A stretch of DNA of 64,000 nucleotides. Origin: a candidate division WOR-3 bacterium. Lineage in GTDB: Bacteria > Hydrothermota > 32-111. The notes below the pieces were generated by a model, which did no database searches, was not told where the DNA came from, and saw only the letters and a list, made by a program, of their open reading frames with translations. The position numbers were made by a program, and so were the translations under genes. Positions 28,130 through 38,476 of the stretch are shown piece after piece (within the stretch, counting starts at the first letter, position 1; the number at the start of each line of letters is the position of its first letter). The DNA is taken from NCBI GenBank assembly GCA_039804105.1, contig JBDRZU010000001.1:320001-384000 (forward strand), read 5' to 3'.

Positions 28130-31082
28130 CAATCTCTTTTAACTCGTTCAGATTTAAAGGCTTTGCTATATAATCGTTCATTCCATTAGCAAGGCAGATA
28201 TCCTTATCCTCTTTCATGGCATTCGCTGTTAAAGCAATTATAGGGATAGGTATCCTTTTAATAATAAGATTGTGACTGAGATTCCTGTTGCTTTTAATAT
28301 CATCTTCAACCTCTCTTATGATTCTTGTTGTTGTTAAACCATCCATTATAGGCATCTGAACATCCATCAAAATAAGATCATAAGGTTTCTCTCTCATCAT
28401 TTCTAAAACTTTTTCACCATTTTCAGCGATATCAATATCATAACCGAGTTTGTTCAACATATTTTTTGCTACCTTCTGGTTAACAGGGTTATCTTCAGCA
28501 ACAAGAATTTTAATATCCTTTTTCTCAATTTGAATTTTTACAATTTTTTCTTCACTATCCTGTTCTTTACTTTCAAACATTCCAACCAGAAGATCGTATA
28601 AAGATGATTGAGAAACAGGTTTCTGAAGGCATCCATCAACTCCGATAGAATCAAATTTTTCTTTGTCCTCTTTCAATATTGAAGATGTAAAGATGATAAC
28701 CTTCATCTTTTTATTCTTTTCCTTGATCATCCTTGCGACTTTAAGTCCATCAATTTCTGGCATAATATAATCAACAAAAGCAATATCATATTCATTCAAA
28801 TTTTTATTAAAATCTTTAAAACTTGTCAAACACTCACATTCTATATTCCAGATCGATAACATATTCTGCATGATTTTTAAATTCAGTTTGTTATCATCTA
28901 TAACAAGAACCTTTTCAACTCCTTTTATTTTTGAAAATGTTTTCTTAATATCGTCAGCTGATACCTGAACTGTTTTTATTGTGAATCCGAATTCACTTCC
29001 TCTTCCTCTACCACCATCCTTTGAAAGTTTTGAAGGAGAAAGAGCGTATATCTCACCACCCAATTTTTCTATAATGTATTTAGAAATAGTTGTTCCCAAT
29101 CCCGTTCCACCAAATTTTCTTGTTATGGAGTTATCCGCCTGTTCAAAAGGTTGAAATATCTTTTCAATTTTATCTTTATCAATACCAATTCCAGTATCAG
29201 AAACAATAAATTTTAAGATTAAATCATTATCCTTTTTTTCTAAAACTTTCACCTCAACGAGTATTTCACCTTTCTCAGTGAATTTTAAAGAATTGCCAAC
29301 AAGGTTGAGTAATACCTGTTTCAATCTGACTGGGTCAGATTTGATGTATCTTGGAACATCTTTATCTATATCGATAAGAACTTCAAGACCTTTTTTGGAT
29401 ATTTCAAAAACGAGTGGTTTTAAAGATAGTTCCACAAGTTGATAGAGATCAAACTCTATCTCCTCAAAACTCATCTTTCCTGATTCTATTTTTGAGAAAT
29501 CAAGGATATCGTTGATCAGTGTTAATAAAGTTATAGAAGAATATTTTATTGTTTTTGCATAATCCTCTTGATCTTTATCAAGTTTTGTTCCAAGAAGGAG
29601 ATCTACCATTCCAACTATACCATTGAGAGGTGTTCTTATTTCATGACTCATATTTGCAAGGAAAATAGATTTTGCCTTTGTTGCTTGCTCGGCCTTCAAT
29701 TTTGATTCAAAGAGTTCATGTTCCATTCTTTTTCTTTCAGTTATATCCTCTTTTACAGCAACAAAATTTATTATTTTTCCATCTTTATCGATGATTGGTG
29801 CAATAAGAGCAAGTTCCCAGTAAAGTGTTCCATCTTTTCTTTTATTGTGAAACTCTCCTCTCCATTCCCTTCCAGATTTTATAGTATCCCATAACTCTTT
29901 GTACTCTTCTTTACTCTTTTCACCCGATTTCAAAATTCTCGGGTTTTTCCCTTTGACCTCCTCAAAAGTATAACCAGAAACTTCAGTAAACTTTTTGTTA
30001 ACATATTCAATATTACCTTCAGTATCAGTTATTACAACACTTGCTGGACTTTGATTAATTGAAAATAAGAGTTTTTCAATCTCTCTCTCATAATTAAATT
30101 TTTCGGTGATATCATCAAAAACTTCAATACAACCTGTAAAATTTTTTTGGTCATCTCTAAGAACCTGTGCATTTTTTGAAATTATTCTTATGTTTCCATC
30201 TTTTGTAATAACTGTACAAATTTTGTTGTAAATAGGGCTATCATCATTTTTATTTATAAGTGAACAACCATTTCTACATGGTTCATTTGCAAAAAAAGTA
30301 CATTCCTTTCCAACCAGATCTTCTTCTTTATAGTTAAGTATTTCAAGTGCTCTTTTGTTTATTGATAAAATTTTTCTATCTTTATCAAGTATAAAGACAG
30401 CACTTGGAACAACTGCAAAAAGTTTTTCGAACTCTTCGGTTTTTCTCTGAAAGTTATCCTTTAAAACTTTTAAAATCTTGTTCTCATAATCCAATCTTTC
30501 TTCGTTTTCGATAGCGATTCTTTGAAAGAGTTCAATAAAATACTTGAAAATAGAAGTAGAAAAAAATATTGATAGATATGTTAAAAAGAAACTAAAATGT
30601 AACGATTTATCGTATGTAAAAATTTTTGAAAACACTGGAAATCTAAAAATGATAAATATTAAAATCAAAAAACAAAAAACAAAACTTTCCCAGAATGATA
30701 TTGAAAGAAATGATAGAAGCGGGAAAATATAGACAAATGCTCTTCTTGAAGAATCAAGTTGTGTAAAAAACAATGTGTATAAACCCACAAGAAAAAGAAC
30801 GAAAACTAAAATTCTTCCTACAAGATCAACACTTCTCTTTTTTATGAGAAATATAAGGAGAACATGACATATCACCAAAGAGATAAAGTGTGTTAAGAAC
30901 TCTCTTGTATGTATGATGGGGAATAAATGTTTTAAAGAAAAAAAGAATGTATCTATAATTCCGACTATTAGAATTAACAAAAGAAAGTTGTATCTGATCC
31001 TGAAAAAAATTTCTTTTGTTGAATATTTTGAAAAATAGTTTGAGTTGAAGTTTAAAAATAAATTTTTAAACAAATCTTTCAT
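28107..31082 (-). CDS. Membrane hybrid sensor histidine kinase (TM-PAS-PAS-HisKA-HATPase-REC-REC)
   Basis: FLANMSHEIRTPLNG, NLVGNSLKFT, DTGIGI, GGTGLG, two receiver domains (FVDYIMP, LMDVQMP); no Hpt domain visible. Confidence 0.93.
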   Translation of the reverse strand: MKDLFKNLFLNFNSNYFSKYSTKEIFFRIRYNFLLLILIVGIIDTFFFSLKHLFPIIHTREFLTHFISLVICHVLLIFLIKKRSVDLVGRILVFVLFLVGLYTLFFTQLDSSRRAFVYIFPLLSFLSISFWESFVFCFLILIFIIFRFPVFSKIFTYDKSLHFSFFLTYLSIFFSTSIFKYFIELFQRIAIENEERLDYENKILKVLKDNFQRKTEEFEKLFAVVPSAVFILDKDRKILSINKRALEILNYKEEDLVGKECTFFANEPCRNGCSLINKNDDSPIYNKICTVITKDGNIRIISKNAQVLRDDQKNFTGCIEVFDDITEKFNYEREIEKLLFSINQSPASVVITDTEGNIEYVNKKFTEVSGYTFEEVKGKNPRILKSGEKSKEEYKELWDTIKSGREWRGEFHNKRKDGTLYWELALIAPIIDKDGKIINFVAVKEDITERKRMEHELFESKLKAEQATKAKSIFLANMSHEIRTPLNGIVGMVDLLLGTKLDKDQEDYAKTIKYSSITLLTLINDILDFSKIESGKMSFEEIEFDLYQLVELSLKPLVFEISKKGLEVLIDIDKDVPRYIKSDPVRLKQVLLNLVGNSLKFTEKGEILVEVKVLEKKDNDLILKFIVSDTGIGIDKDKIEKIFQPFEQADNSITRKFGGTGLGTTISKYIIEKLGGEIYALSPSKLSKDGGRGRGSEFGFTIKTVQVSADDIKKTFSKIKGVEKVLVIDDNKLNLKIMQNMLSIWNIECECLTSFKDFNKNLNEYDIAFVDYIMPEIDGLKVARMIKEKNKKMKVIIFTSSILKEDKEKFDSIGVDGCLQKPVSQSSLYDLLVGMFESKEQDSEEKIVKIQIEKKDIKILVAEDNPVNQKVAKNMLNKLGYDIDIAENGEKVLEMMREKPYDLILMDVQMPIMDGLTTTRIIREVEDDIKSNRNLSHNLIIKRIPIPIIALTANAMKEDKDICLANGMNDYIAKPLNLNELKEIVEKYTKS

Positions 31083-32464
31083 TTTCTAAAATCCTTTACA
31101 TTAATGTTATAAAGTTTTAATTTTGAATGAAGATTTTGTCTTGCAATCTGAGCAATCTGAGAGGCTCTCGTTATATTCCCATTACAAAATTTTAGAAGTT
31201 GTATCAAATATTCTCGTTCATAATAATCCATAGTTTCTTTCAAAGGCCGATTGATAGGGATAAAATCAACTTTGTTTGATTGCATAACATTGCCAAAAAG
31301 ATGTGATGGAAGATTTTTAACATCTATAACATCTCCCATTGTAAGAGCACAACTACTTTCAACTGCATTTTCTAATTCCCTGACATTTCCTGGCCAATCG
31401 TATCTTAAGAAAACCTCTTTTACGCCTTCCGAAAATCCTTTAATCTTTTTGTTCATTTTAATACTGTACTTTTCAAGAAAATGCTCAGCTATAAGAAGTA
31501 TATCCTCCTTCCTGTCCCTTAAGGGAGGAATGTTAATGTTAACAACATTTAACCTATAGTATAAATCCTCTCTGAATCTGTTTTCAAGTATCCTGTCTCT
31601 TAAATTAACATTCGTTGCTGATATTATCCTGACATCTGTTTTTATAACATTTGTTGAACCAAGTGGTGTAAACTCTCCACTCTCAATAACCCTTAAAATT
31701 TTCGCCTGTAAACTTAAAGGCATATCCCCAATTTCATCCAGGAATATTGTTCCCATATCAGCAACTTTGAAAAGGCCGTTTTTATTATTATAGGCACCTG
31801 TAAAAGCACCTTTTACATATCCAAAAAGTTCACTTTCAAGTAATGTTTCAGGTAATGATGCACAGTTTATTGGAACGAATGGGCTATTCTTTCTTTTACC
31901 AGAATAGTGTATTGCCTTTGCAACAAGTTCTTTTCCAGTTCCACTTTCTCCAGTAATCAAAACATTTGAATCTGTTTTCGAAACCTGTTTTAACATTTTT
32001 ATCAACTCTTTCATCTTATCACTCTTCCCAATTATACCCTGAAAAGAAAACTCTTTTTCAACCTGTTCCTGTAAAATTTCATTCTTTATCATCAGTTCGT
32101 TCCATTTCAAAGCTTTTTCTATATTCACAAGCAATTCTTTACCTTTAAAAGGTTTTTTGAGATAATCAAATGCACCCATCTTTATAGCTTTAACAGCATC
32201 ATTTATATCTGCATTACCTGTAATTATTATTATTGGAACATCGGGGAAAAAATGTTTTAATTCTGGGAGATATTCTATCCCGGTTCTATCGGGTAATTTA
32301 ACATCAAGAAGAATCAAATCAACTGAATTTTTTTCTAACACTTGAAACATCTCTTTACCATTTGACGATGTATAAACATTATATTTGTTTTCAACAAGCA
32401 TCTCTCCAACAGATTGTAATATGAAAGGATCATCATCAACTATTAAAATATTCTTCATTTTCAT
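31079..32464 (-). CDS. sigma54-dependent response regulator (NtrC/AtoC family)
   Basis: REC (LLDVKLP), GESGTGKE, intact GAFTGA, FLDEIG, WPGNVRELEN, Fis-type HTH. Confidence 0.95.
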   Translation of the reverse strand: MKMKNILIVDDDPFILQSVGEMLVENKYNVYTSSNGKEMFQVLEKNSVDLILLDVKLPDRTGIEYLPELKHFFPDVPIIIITGNADINDAVKAIKMGAFDYLKKPFKGKELLVNIEKALKWNELMIKNEILQEQVEKEFSFQGIIGKSDKMKELIKMLKQVSKTDSNVLITGESGTGKELVAKAIHYSGKRKNSPFVPINCASLPETLLESELFGYVKGAFTGAYNNKNGLFKVADMGTIFLDEIGDMPLSLQAKILRVIESGEFTPLGSTNVIKTDVRIISATNVNLRDRILENRFREDLYYRLNVVNINIPPLRDRKEDILLIAEHFLEKYSIKMNKKIKGFSEGVKEVFLRYDWPGNVRELENAVESSCALTMGDVIDVKNLPSHLFGNVMQSNKVDFIPINRPLKETMDYYEREYLIQLLKFCNGNITRASQIAQIARQNLHSKLKLYNINVKDFRK

Positions 32465-32472
32465 AAAACCTC

Positions 32473-33534
32473 CTATATCGCAGGCAATGGTAAAATAACC
32501 TTTATTTCAGATCCAGAATCGTAATCTTTAAAAATCAATTTACCTGAAACATTTTCTATGTCAAACTTGATCGAATTGATCGTTAGAAGATCGGACCTGC
32601 TACTCTCATCTTCAACATTTTCGAAAAGCAACTCTATACCAGTTTTAAAATTTGTATTAAAAATAATGTAGATGCTATCCTCTAAAAGTTTAAAGCTCAC
32701 AAATATTTTATTCCCTTTTACCTTTTCACGCCTGTGAAACAAAAGTAGAATCAATTCAAGAAAGATATATTTTAAAAATCCAGATGGTAGTTTTACTGGT
32801 GGAATCTTTTTATCATATGTATATTCAATTTCAACATTGTGGTTAATAAAATAATCTTTAATTATCGGGAAAAATTTTACAGTTTCATCTTCAACATTAA
32901 CAAGTTCCATCTTTTCAGAAACTCCGAGTTTTAATTCTCTTACAGTCGATACTATCGAAACTATTCTATCAACATTCTGTTCGATCATATCAATTTTCTT
33001 ATGAAGTTCCTTTGGACAATTTTTATCCATCCTTAACATATCAAGTTGTAAAACTATGGAAGTAACAGGATTGTTTATCATATGGCTTATACTTGATATG
33101 AGTTCACCTGCAACAGATAATTTTGAAATTTTTCCTATCTCATGTTGAAGAGAGGACATACTTTCACAAGAAACAATATAATTTTTAACTCCTATCATTT
33201 TTTCCATTTTGAATTCAAAATCGTTTTCAAAATTGTTTTCGTAAATAAAATCAATAAAAGGTAATTCAAACAGATCCTTGTATTTATCGATACTCTCATC
33301 TTTTTTTAACACAACAAGAAGCGGGATCTTCCAGTTAAACAACTTTTTCAATAAACCTGAACCATTTTCAAGACCAAGATTTTTCGATGAGGTTAAAATA
33401 AGATCTATTTTTATTTCATTCTTTATCACTTCAAGATTTTTTAAATCTTCTTCAAAAGTAATATTCTGTTTGTTCAGCTTTTCTGATCTCAAAATTTCCT
33501 GATTATCAAGTTGAAACACAAGGATCTGTTTCAT
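32473..33534 (-). CDS. Degenerate histidine-kinase-like protein (pseudo-REC, DHp with His, degenerate ATPase domain)
   Basis: SVAGELISSISHMINNP H-box; N and G boxes not recognisable; REC-like N-terminus reads LILTS where the Asp is expected. Confidence 0.65.
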   Translation of the reverse strand: MKQILVFQLDNQEILRSEKLNKQNITFEEDLKNLEVIKNEIKIDLILTSSKNLGLENGSGLLKKLFNWKIPLLVVLKKDESIDKYKDLFELPFIDFIYENNFENDFEFKMEKMIGVKNYIVSCESMSSLQHEIGKISKLSVAGELISSISHMINNPVTSIVLQLDMLRMDKNCPKELHKKIDMIEQNVDRIVSIVSTVRELKLGVSEKMELVNVEDETVKFFPIIKDYFINHNVEIEYTYDKKIPPVKLPSGFLKYIFLELILLLFHRREKVKGNKIFVSFKLLEDSIYIIFNTNFKTGIELLFENVEDESSRSDLLTINSIKFDIENVSGKLIFKDYDSGSEIKVILPLPAI

Positions 33535-34796
33535 TTTTCCTCCCCTTCTATTTCACTTTCAGCGATATACTTAATCATTTCCATTGAAATGTCATTCGCA
33601 TATATTCTGGGTATATAAAAATTATTTCCGTCAACAAGTTTTACTATTTTTTTAAAATTTTCAACTGAGGATTTTTTCTTACCTTCCATTTTATTAATAA
33701 GAGCAAGGTAATACAAAGAATATATATTGTTTTGATTTGAAGATAAAGTTTTTTGAAAATAAAGTTTTGAAATCGAATAATTTAGTTTGTTGAAATAGAA
33801 TGTCCCAAAGATAAAATCAAAATCTGGATCTTTTATATCGTTTATTTCAAGTTGTTTTTCAAGAAACTCTATTTTTAAAATATCATTTAACCTTGTGTAA
33901 ATAAGAAGCATCAACTTCAGAATCTCGATGTTATTGCCTTCTTCTTTACCCAACAATGCTTGCAATATACCTAACGATTCATTGTATTTTTTTTCTCTGA
34001 AAAAGTTTAACGCATCTTCAAAAGTATAATCTGATACTATGAATTCATCGCTGTAGGGTTTTTTAAAGTAAAAATACCCTTCATAGTTTAACTGCTCAAA
34101 GATTCCTGAAGAAAAAATGTTGGTTTCTTTAAAATCACAAATCAGATAAGACCCATTCTTAAGTAACCTGTACATTTCCTTTGAAAAGTTTGATAATTTT
34201 TCTTTTAAAAAAATTTTCGAAAAATTGTTAACTATTATAATATCAAAATTTTCACTTCTTAAAGAATTGTTGAAAGGATTTGTTACAACAAAATTGACTC
34301 TGTTTAGAATATCATTTCTTAAAATATAATTTTCAATCATATCTATAAAATATTTCAACTGAGCATCGGATGCTTTAATGAGTTGTTGGTACTCAATCCT
34401 GTTGTTCTTAATTCTTTCAACAATAAAAAATGAGGGATAAACAGTAAAATAGTTAACATTTTTTCTTCTTTTAAGATTTTTTAAAATTAGTTCACATTCG
34501 ATTACAAAAGAAAAGAGTGAACTCCCAATATCTGAAGAGAAAATAAGTATATTGATATTATCGTTATCAATATTTTCAAGAACATTTTTTGTTAATTTAA
34601 AGATTTCCTCATTTTCAAAAAATATATTCTGATAGTTATAAAGTGCAAAAAGTATTTTTTCAAAATCACCTTCATTCTGAATCTTTCCAAGATTATATAA
34701 ATCCTGAATTTTACTGTTTAAAGAAGGGGTGATGTTAATATGATAACTGTTTTCAAGAATATCTATAATGTTTTGAACTGTTTTAGGAATCAACAT
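33531..34796 (-). CDS. Divergent CheR-like methyltransferase-fold protein with C-terminal TPRs
   Basis: LRNDILNRVNFVVTN, FDIIIVNN, LLKNGSYL resemble the CheR C-terminal fold; TPR-like helices at the end. Confidence 0.55.
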   Translation of the reverse strand: MLIPKTVQNIIDILENSYHINITPSLNSKIQDLYNLGKIQNEGDFEKILFALYNYQNIFFENEEIFKLTKNVLENIDNDNINILIFSSDIGSSLFSFVIECELILKNLKRRKNVNYFTVYPSFFIVERIKNNRIEYQQLIKASDAQLKYFIDMIENYILRNDILNRVNFVVTNPFNNSLRSENFDIIIVNNFSKIFLKEKLSNFSKEMYRLLKNGSYLICDFKETNIFSSGIFEQLNYEGYFYFKKPYSDEFIVSDYTFEDALNFFREKKYNESLGILQALLGKEEGNNIEILKLMLLIYTRLNDILKIEFLEKQLEINDIKDPDFDFIFGTFYFNKLNYSISKLYFQKTLSSNQNNIYSLYYLALINKMEGKKKSSVENFKKIVKLVDGNNFYIPRIYANDISMEMIKYIAESEIEGEEK

Positions 34797-36892
34797 CCAC
34801 TCCTTTTTAATATATTTCTTATCCTTAACAAAACCTTTTGTGGATCTATCGGTTTTGGGATATAGTCATCAGCACCTTTGGACAATCCTTCGATCTCATT
34901 TTCAGAATCAGATTTTGAAGTTAAAACAACAACAGGAATGCTTTTTAAATTCTCATCATTTTTGATATTTTCGAGTAATTCAAACCCACCCATCTGTGGC
35001 ATCGAAAGATCTGTTATCACAAGATCTATCCTGTTATTTTTTAAAATTTCAAGTGCATCAACTCCATTTTCAGCTTCAAATGTTTCAAAACCTTCAGATT
35101 TAAAAAGTGCACATATTACAGTTCTTATAGTTTTTATATCATCAACAACAAGTATGCTTTTCTTCTCAGTCACACTTTTTAACTTTGTTTCCAATGTAAC
35201 ACTATTTTCAATCAAAAATCTATCAACATCAAGCACCCTTTCGATTTCACTGAATGTTGTTATACCATTTTTTACCTTATCAAGTCCATCATCAAATACT
35301 GTTTTATAGTTTATACTTTTTAGATATGAAACAATCTCATTTAGGTTCGCCTCTTTTTCAATGAGTTCTCTCAATTTTTGATCTATTTCAAGAACTCCAA
35401 AAATTCCAATAATTCCGGAAAATCCAGTATAGTTACACTTTTCACACCCATATTTATTCTCTTGATATATTTCAAAATTTTCATCAACTTTTAAAATTTT
35501 TTTTACTCTTTCATCGGGATGTACCTTTGTCGAACAGAATTTACAAACTTTTCTTACAATCCTTTGTGCTATAACAACAAGTAAAGCATCAGAGATAAGA
35601 TATGGCTCAACTCCGAGATCTCTCAACCTTATCAAAGTTGAAATCTCACTGTTAGTATGAAGAGTTGAAAGTAAAAGATGCCCTGTTATAGCACCTTTGA
35701 ATGCTGTTTGTGCTGTTTCTGTATCCCTTATCTCTCCAAGTAATATAACATTCGGATCCTGTCTTAATAGAGTTCTTAGCGCTGAAGAAAATGTTACATT
35801 ATTTTTCGGATCAATCTGCGTTTGGTTTATTCCTTTTATTGTATATTCGATAGGGTCCTCAATTGTAGTAATGTTTAAATGTTTATAATCAAGTTCCTGC
35901 AAGATTGAGTATAGAGTTGTTGTTTTCCCACTACCTGTTGGACCTGTAACAAGTATGATTCCCTGTGATTTGTTGGCATTCTTTCTGATTATAAATATAT
36001 TTTCCTGAGTTAAACCGAGTTGTTCAAGAGAAACTTTGATTTTACTCTTATCTAAAATTCTGATAACTATCTTTTCTCCATCCATTATCGGAATCGTTGA
36101 TACTCTTAAAGATATATCTTTTTGAGACACTACAATCTGTATATTTCCATCCTGTGCTTTTCTTGTGATCGTAATATCCATTTTTGCCATTATTTTAATT
36201 CTTGAGATAACTCTTTTCTCTATTTTTTTTGGTAATCTCAGATGTTCCTGTAAAAATCCATCTATTCTGTATCTTACTACAAGATTGTTCGATTGAGGTT
36301 CAAAATGTATATCAGAAGCGTTCAACTTGATTGCGTCTATTATTATTGAGTTTATGAGTCTTACGATAGGTTTTGCATTTATTTCATCATCTTCAACAAC
36401 TTCCTCTTCGAGGTTTTCATATTCATCCACTTTTAAAACATTCTCATCGAGTTCATAGGAAAATTTTTCCTGACCAAAAATTTCTATAAATTTTTTGTTC
36501 AAACTTTCTGTAGTTGTTATATAGAAATCAACATCAAGATTGGTTATGAATTGAATATCTTTTATAAGTTCAAGATTGAAAGGATTATCGGTGATAATTT
36601 TAATTTTTTTCTGCGACACCTCAAAAGGTATAAACCTATTCTTTTTTATATACGATGGGATAAACAAAGTCAACAAACCTTCTGTTATTTGAATTTTTTC
36701 AGCATCAAGATAAGTTATTTTAAAATTCTGTTCAATCAACTTTGCCAGTTTTTCATCAACTTTCAATTTTTTTTCTGAAATAAGATTTGTAAAAAATCTC
36801 ACCAGATCAAAATTCTTATTTTCACTCTCTTTTTGGTATTCCTGAAATATTTCAGGGAATTCTTTTAAATAATCAATTATTTGTTCTTTCAT
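34790..36892 (-). CDS. PilB/GspE-family secretion ATPase fused to a C-terminal receiver domain
   Basis: ASDIHFEP, GPTGSGKTT, TIEDPIE, LRQDPNVILLGEIRD, STLHTN, CKFC...CEKC; C-terminal ILVVDD...ITDLSMP...KP. Confidence 0.92.
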   Translation of the reverse strand: MKEQIIDYLKEFPEIFQEYQKESENKNFDLVRFFTNLISEKKLKVDEKLAKLIEQNFKITYLDAEKIQITEGLLTLFIPSYIKKNRFIPFEVSQKKIKIITDNPFNLELIKDIQFITNLDVDFYITTTESLNKKFIEIFGQEKFSYELDENVLKVDEYENLEEEVVEDDEINAKPIVRLINSIIIDAIKLNASDIHFEPQSNNLVVRYRIDGFLQEHLRLPKKIEKRVISRIKIMAKMDITITRKAQDGNIQIVVSQKDISLRVSTIPIMDGEKIVIRILDKSKIKVSLEQLGLTQENIFIIRKNANKSQGIILVTGPTGSGKTTTLYSILQELDYKHLNITTIEDPIEYTIKGINQTQIDPKNNVTFSSALRTLLRQDPNVILLGEIRDTETAQTAFKGAITGHLLLSTLHTNSEISTLIRLRDLGVEPYLISDALLVVIAQRIVRKVCKFCSTKVHPDERVKKILKVDENFEIYQENKYGCEKCNYTGFSGIIGIFGVLEIDQKLRELIEKEANLNEIVSYLKSINYKTVFDDGLDKVKNGITTFSEIERVLDVDRFLIENSVTLETKLKSVTEKKSILVVDDIKTIRTVICALFKSEGFETFEAENGVDALEILKNNRIDLVITDLSMPQMGGFELLENIKNDENLKSIPVVVLTSKSDSENEIEGLSKGADDYIPKPIDPQKVLLRIRNILKRSGC

Positions 36893-38300
36893 ATTGCTCC
36901 AAAAATGTTATAAAATGTTCAACTAAACTTTTTTTGAAATATTTATCTGACATTTTTCCAAGGTTTTCAAAAGCGTTTCTTTTTCCAACACCATCTCTAT
37001 AATTTTTGTTTTCAATCAGAAGAAGATATGTGTGCACCAATTTTATTACCTGTGATTCAACAGGTATATCATCTCCCTTCAATCTTTTAGGAAATCCGGA
37101 TCCATCATAGTTTTCGCCAATTGATTCGATGATAGGCTCAAGTTCTCTCAAAAACTCTATATCATCTAACACACTTTTAAATTTTTCTGAAACCTCTTTT
37201 GACCCATTTTTTTTGTCCTTAACAAATGATTGTATGATATTGAAAAGTATTGAAGAAAATTTTATCTTTTCGACTTTTTCTTCATCAAATTTTAAAAATT
37301 TTGCAAAATCTTCACAATATTTTGCTCTTTTTTCAATCAAAATTTTTTGATTACTATCTGAAAGTCCGGTTAATGTAAGCATTGTATAAATGAGTCCATA
37401 TCTTGTTGTTTTCAACTTTTTGTTCAATTTTATTTCATAGAATTTATTTGCAAGAACAAAAGAAAGAACCTCAGCTATCTCAAGATCTGTATCAACAAAA
37501 TCATTTTCTCTTTTAAAATAAACTACTCCAACTATATCATTTTCATAACTCATAACTGAAGTCATCGATTTTGAACCAGCGAATATACAACCTATATTGT
37601 TTTTAACTGGTACAAAAAATATTGGCAATTTTGAATCAACAATATCACCAATTTTGAATTCTCCAACAGATGGCCCATATATATTTTTAAAACCATTATT
37701 TTCCTTTAAAAAGAAATAGACGAATTGAGTTAAAAATATTTTTGAGAATTCAAGATAAGAAATTTTAAAAAATTCATCAATTTCATCAATTTTAGAAATC
37801 TTTTTCTGGAACTGTTTTAACAGAATCAACCTTTCTATAACCTTTCTTGATTCATCACTTTCAAGATTTTTTTCCTTCTTGTTTATAAGATCAGCGATTA
37901 TTTTCTTATTCTCAAGTAAACTGTTTCTTTTGTTGATTGCGCTTTTTAATGCGTTCATCACCTGATTTATATGCAATGGTTTTGGTATATAATCAAAAGC
38001 ACCATACTGTAATGCTTCAATTGAAGTTGAAAGTGAGGCATAGGCGGTCATAACTATTACCTGAATATCACTATCCATTTCTTTCACACTTTTCAATATT
38101 GATAAACCAGATTGATCTGGAAGAATTATATCTGTAAAAATAACATCAGGAGGATTATTGGTTATATAATTCATTGCTGAGTTTCCATCATAAAAAGCAA
38201 GACATTCATAATCTGAAGAGTAATTGTTAAGTGCATCTTTTAAGGAATTCGCAAGATCTATATTATCATCTATGATCAAAACCTTCATCTTTTTTTGCAC
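36873..38300 (-). CDS. Response regulator with GAF-like region and degenerate HD-GYP domain
   Basis: REC (IIDD, FTDIILP, KP); ENYDGSGFP..LKGDDIP retained but HD and HH metal ligands absent; GTG start with AGGAGG RBS. Confidence 0.8.
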   Translation of the reverse strand: MQKKMKVLIIDDNIDLANSLKDALNNYSSDYECLAFYDGNSAMNYITNNPPDVIFTDIILPDQSGLSILKSVKEMDSDIQVIVMTAYASLSTSIEALQYGAFDYIPKPLHINQVMNALKSAINKRNSLLENKKIIADLINKKEKNLESDESRKVIERLILLKQFQKKISKIDEIDEFFKISYLEFSKIFLTQFVYFFLKENNGFKNIYGPSVGEFKIGDIVDSKLPIFFVPVKNNIGCIFAGSKSMTSVMSYENDIVGVVYFKRENDFVDTDLEIAEVLSFVLANKFYEIKLNKKLKTTRYGLIYTMLTLTGLSDSNQKILIEKRAKYCEDFAKFLKFDEEKVEKIKFSSILFNIIQSFVKDKKNGSKEVSEKFKSVLDDIEFLRELEPIIESIGENYDGSGFPKRLKGDDIPVESQVIKLVHTYLLLIENKNYRDGVGKRNAFENLGKMSDKYFKKSLVEHFITFLEQYERTNN

Positions 38301-38325
38301 TTTTTCCTCCTTTTCTATATTTTAT

Positions 38326-38342
38326 AACAAGAAAAGTGCCAA
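38326..38342 (-). promoter_or_regulatory. Candidate sigma54 -24/-12 promoter
   Basis: TTGGCAC-TTTTC-TTGTT just upstream of the RBS. Confidence 0.6.
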
Positions 38343-38476
38343 ATATAAATGTCACGAATTTATTATGTTATGATATTATGACAAGATTAGTTTTTTGTAA
38401 ATAGCAAACAATTTTGAGTTAAATATTATATTTTGAAGATTTAAGTTTTTGAAAAAAAGATTACAGAGTCATATAT

